Under the pieces are notes generated by a model. The model was not told the DNA's origin, did not search any database, and was given only the letters and a program-made list of their open reading frames with translations. Positions 61,118 to 64,000 of a DNA stretch of 64,000 bases are shown here, one piece after another. The stretch's first letter is position 1. Each line of letters starts with the position of its first letter. The stretch is taken from NCBI GenBank assembly GCA_903831265.1, contig CAIKXD010000081.1, positions 1,737-65,736 on the forward strand. Reading direction: 5' to 3'. A program made the translations under genes and the position numbers. This stretch comes from an uncultured Bacteroidota bacterium. GTDB lineage: Bacteria; Bacteroidota; Bacteroidia; UBA4408.

Positions 61118-64000
61118 ATGAGCAACAAAAAATATTGGAAATCGCTAGAGGATCTTAACAATAGTCCTGAGATTATTAAAAAGGCTCAAAATGAGTTTGC
61201 CCAAGAAATACCGTTAGAAGCGTTTTTAGGTAACAACGACTCTTTGAGTAATTCTAAAACACCAAGAAGAGATTTTTTAAAATTTTTAGGGTTTTCAGTA
61301 ACAGCAGCGTCGCTTGCTGCATGCGAAACTCCAGTAAGAAAAACTGTTCCGTATCTGATAAAGCCAGAAGAAATTACAATTGGTGTTTCAAATTGGTATG
61401 CAACAACTATAGATGATGGAGCTGATTTATGCAATGTACTTGTTAAAACGCGTGAAGGTCGTCCTATTAAAGTTGAAGGAAACAAACTATCTAACTTCAC
61501 CAACGGTGGCACCAATGCCAGAGTGCAAGCTTCTGTATTATCACTTTATGATATGGAAAGATTGCAAGGTCCGACCAAAGATGGAAAAGCTGCAAATTGG
61601 AAAGATATTGATACTGAAATTGAAGCTAAGATTGAAGCAGCCAACACAGCGGGTGCTGCAATACGAATATTGACTTCTACTATAACAAGTCCTTCATTAA
61701 ATTCGTTAGCAGCAGAATTTGTAGCTAAGTATTCTTCTGCAAAACATGTTGTTTATGATGCAGTTTCTTATGCAGGTATTCGTAAAGCAAATTTACAAAC
61801 TTATGGAGCCTCTATTATCCCTTCATACGATTTCAGTAAAGCAAATGTAATTGTTAGTTTTGGAGCCGATTTCTTGGGAAATTGGATTTCTCCAATACAA
61901 TTTGCTCGCCAATATGGTCAAACAAGAAAATTAAATAAAGATAAAAAGGAAATGAGCAAGCACTTTCAGTTCGAAAGTGTAATGTCATTATCTGGTGCCA
62001 ATGCCGATGTTCGTGTAGGTATTAAACCATCACAAACAGGTGCGGCTGTGGTTAATTTGTATAATGCTATCGCCTCTAAAGCGGGCATGCCATTAATCTC
62101 AGCAGGAAAAATTAACTTTGAAAAGAGTATTGCAAAAACAGCAGACGCTTTATGGGCTAGCAGAGGAAAATCAATAGTCGTTTGTGGATCAAATGATACA
62201 CATGTGCAATCTGTTGTGAATGGAATTAATTTCATGTTAGGAAATTATGGAGCAACAATCGATTTGTCGAACCCATTGAATATAGGACAGGGTAACGATT
62301 CAGATTTTACTACCTTGGTTACTGAAATGAAAGAAGGTAAAGTGGCAGTCTTAATCATGTTAAACTGTAACCCTATTTATACTTCTCCGAAAGCACTTGG
62401 ATTTGAAGCTGCCCTAACAAAAGTACCAACATCTATCTCAACAGCAGATAGAAAGGACGAAACAGCATCTAAGTGCAAGTATATTTGCCCTAACAATCAT
62501 TACCTCGAATCTTGGGGTGATGCTAGTCCAAGAGCAAATTCTTATGCAATGATTCAACCTACGATTTATCCACTTTTTAATACAAGAGCTTTTGGTGATA
62601 GCCTTTTAACTTGGATGAAAAACCCTTTGAAGTATCAGGATTATGTAAAGGCAAATTGGGAAAAGAAAATGTTTCCACTACAGTCTGCCGAATTGATGTT
62701 CGAAAATTTTTGGATGAAAAGTTTGCATGATGGTGTGTTTGAAGTGGCCATGACGCCAAACACCCCTGTTAATTGGACATTTGACCTTTCCAACGCAGCA
62801 ACCGAAATCGCTAAAGAAACTGGTAGCGAGATGGAAATTACCTTATATCAAAAAGTAGGAGCTGGAATTGGAACACAAGGGAATAATCCTTGGCTGCTCG
62901 AAATGCCAGACCCTATTTCTAAAGTTACTTGGGATAACTACATAACAATGTCTCCAAAAGAAATGGAGAAAAAAGGATATAATACCACCCACGAAAAAGA
63001 AGAAGAAATGAACACGGTTAACCTTACTGTTAACGGTGTCCTTTTAGAAAAAGTACCAGTGTTTCCGCAACCAGGTCAGCCTGAAGGCACAATAGGTTTA
63101 GCAGTTGGTTTTGGTAGAACAATGGTCGGTAAGGCAGGTAATAACGTAGGTGTAAATGCATTCGAACTTATTGGCACTAATAGTAGTGGTTTAATGAGCT
63201 ATCATGCAACCAAAGTTAGTATTGCCAACAATGAAGAAAAACATATGGTTGTCACTACTCAAACTCATCATACTTTGATGGGTAGAGAAATGGTGAAGGA
63301 AACAACGCTAAGCGAATTCCAAAAGAATGGTAAAGCTGGAAACCATACCGAAATGTTGTACATGGCTGATGGTCATGAACATAAAAAAGTACCTGCACAT
63401 ACTGTGGATTTGTGGGCAACTAAAGAAAATCCCGGTTTCGATAAACCAGGGCTGCAATGGAGCATGGGTATTGACTTGAATTCATGCATTGGATGTGGTA
63501 ACTGCCTAATATCTTGTCAATCAGAAAACAATGTGTCCGTCGTTGGTAAAGATGAAGTGAGAATGAATCGTGAGATGCATTGGATTAGAATAGATAGATA
63601 CTATTCAAGTGCCATGACCAAGGAGAAAGCCGAAGCAGAAGGAACAGGTGTTGTAGATATGTACCATGAAATGGAAGTTCCTGAGGAAAATCCACAAGTT
63701 GTGTTTCAACCTATGATGTGCATGCATTGCAATCATGCTCCTTGCGAAACGGTATGTCCTGTTTTAGCGACCACACATAGTAGTGAAGGTTTAAATCAAA
63801 TGACATATAACCGTTGTGTTGGAACTAAATATTGCGCGAATAATTGTCCTTACAAGGTGAGAAGATTTAATTGGTTTAAATACTTCGAAAATGATCAGTT
63901 TGATTTTCATATGAATAATGATTTGGGTAAAATGGTGCTCAACCCTGATGTTACTGTTCGCTCAAGAGGAGTAATGGAAAAATGCTCTATGTGTATACAA
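61118..64000 (+). CDS. actB: Alternative Complex III ActB (molybdopterin-oxidoreductase-like plus 4Fe-4S domains), 3' end outside the window
   Basis: My manual translation is open from the ATG at 61118 to the window end. It shows the twin-arginine signal RRDFLKFLG and the Fe-S motifs CIGCGNCLISC, CMHCNHAPCETVCP and CVGTKYCANNCPYKVRRFN. Confidence 0.93.
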   Translation, partial: MSNKKYWKSLEDLNNSPEIIKKAQNEFAQEIPLEAFLGNNDSLSNSKTPRRDFLKFLGFSVTAASLAACETPVRKTVPYLIKPEEITIGVSNWYATTIDDGADLCNVLVKTREGRPIKVEGNKLSNFTNGGTNARVQASVLSLYDMERLQGPTKDGKAANWKDIDTEIEAKIEAANTAGAAIRILTSTITSPSLNSLAAEFVAKYSSAKHVVYDAVSYAGIRKANLQTYGASIIPSYDFSKANVIVSFGADFLGNWISPIQFARQYGQTRKLNKDKKEMSKHFQFESVMSLSGANADVRVGIKPSQTGAAVVNLYNAIASKAGMPLISAGKINFEKSIAKTADALWASRGKSIVVCGSNDTHVQSVVNGINFMLGNYGATIDLSNPLNIGQGNDSDFTTLVTEMKEGKVAVLIMLNCNPIYTSPKALGFEAALTKVPTSISTADRKDETASKCKYICPNNHYLESWGDASPRANSYAMIQPTIYPLFNTRAFGDSLLTWMKNPLKYQDYVKANWEKKMFPLQSAELMFENFWMKSLHDGVFEVAMTPNTPVNWTFDLSNAATEIAKETGSEMEITLYQKVGAGIGTQGNNPWLLEMPDPISKVTWDNYITMSPKEMEKKGYNTTHEKEEEMNTVNLTVNGVLLEKVPVFPQPGQPEGTIGLAVGFGRTMVGKAGNNVGVNAFELIGTNSSGLMSYHATKVSIANNEEKHMVVTTQTHHTLMGREMVKETTLSEFQKNGKAGNHTEMLYMADGHEHKKVPAHTVDLWATKENPGFDKPGLQWSMGIDLNSCIGCGNCLISCQSENNVSVVGKDEVRMNREMHWIRIDRYYSSAMTKEKAEAEGTGVVDMYHEMEVPEENPQVVFQPMMCMHCNHAPCETVCPVLATTHSSEGLNQMTYNRCVGTKYCANNCPYKVRRFNWFKYFENDQFDFHMNNDLGKMVLNPDVTVRSRGVMEKCSMCIQ

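Noticed and set aside
1-64000. Search for tRNA, rRNA, tmRNA, transposase, integrase, toxin-antitoxin or known defence genes
   Set aside because: I recognised none by eye in any intergenic region or ORF translation. A proper tRNAscan, Infernal and defence-system HMM scan is still needed to confirm their absence.

Overview
This is an AT-rich chromosomal segment, roughly one-third GC by eye, from a Bacteroidota-type bacterium. The assignment rests on a PorV-family gene, a T9SS C-terminal-sorting-domain cargo gene, Bacteroidota-type sdhCAB, the Alternative Complex III genes actA/actB, and TAnnTTTG promoter boxes. I call about 60 protein genes. Most are housekeeping genes: folE, ybeY, trxA, lipB, thyA, nadK, sdhCAB, ung, pdhB, plsC, ribF, fbp, rpmE2, leuS, ftsX, uppP and truB. 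I saw no rRNA, tRNA, CRISPR array, transposase, integrase or phage genes. Five items deserve a second look. (1) A tightly packed six-gene operon (38253-44945) encodes a PqqD-like peptide chaperone, an ATP-grasp ligase, a PLP-dependent decarboxylase, a urea-transporter/M23-peptidase fusion, a beta-barrel-like protein and a TPR protein. It looks like an uncharacterised peptide- or amine-conjugate modification and export system. (2) A 740-bp ORF-free element (3725-4464) is bounded by block-wise inverted repeats and contains a 2 x 109-nt tandem repeat and a GC-rich hairpin island. (3) A roughly 160-nt non-coding repeat occurs three times, always in the 5' intergenic region and orientation of a plus-strand gene (9817, 35159, 59100). 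One copy carries a nested insertion. (4) An in-frame TAG in actA separates the last heme-binding CxxCH motif from the rest of the protein. (5) An MbnP/MbnH-like lipoprotein and di-heme peroxidase pair is present. All functional calls come from motifs read in the supplied translations. No database search was run.
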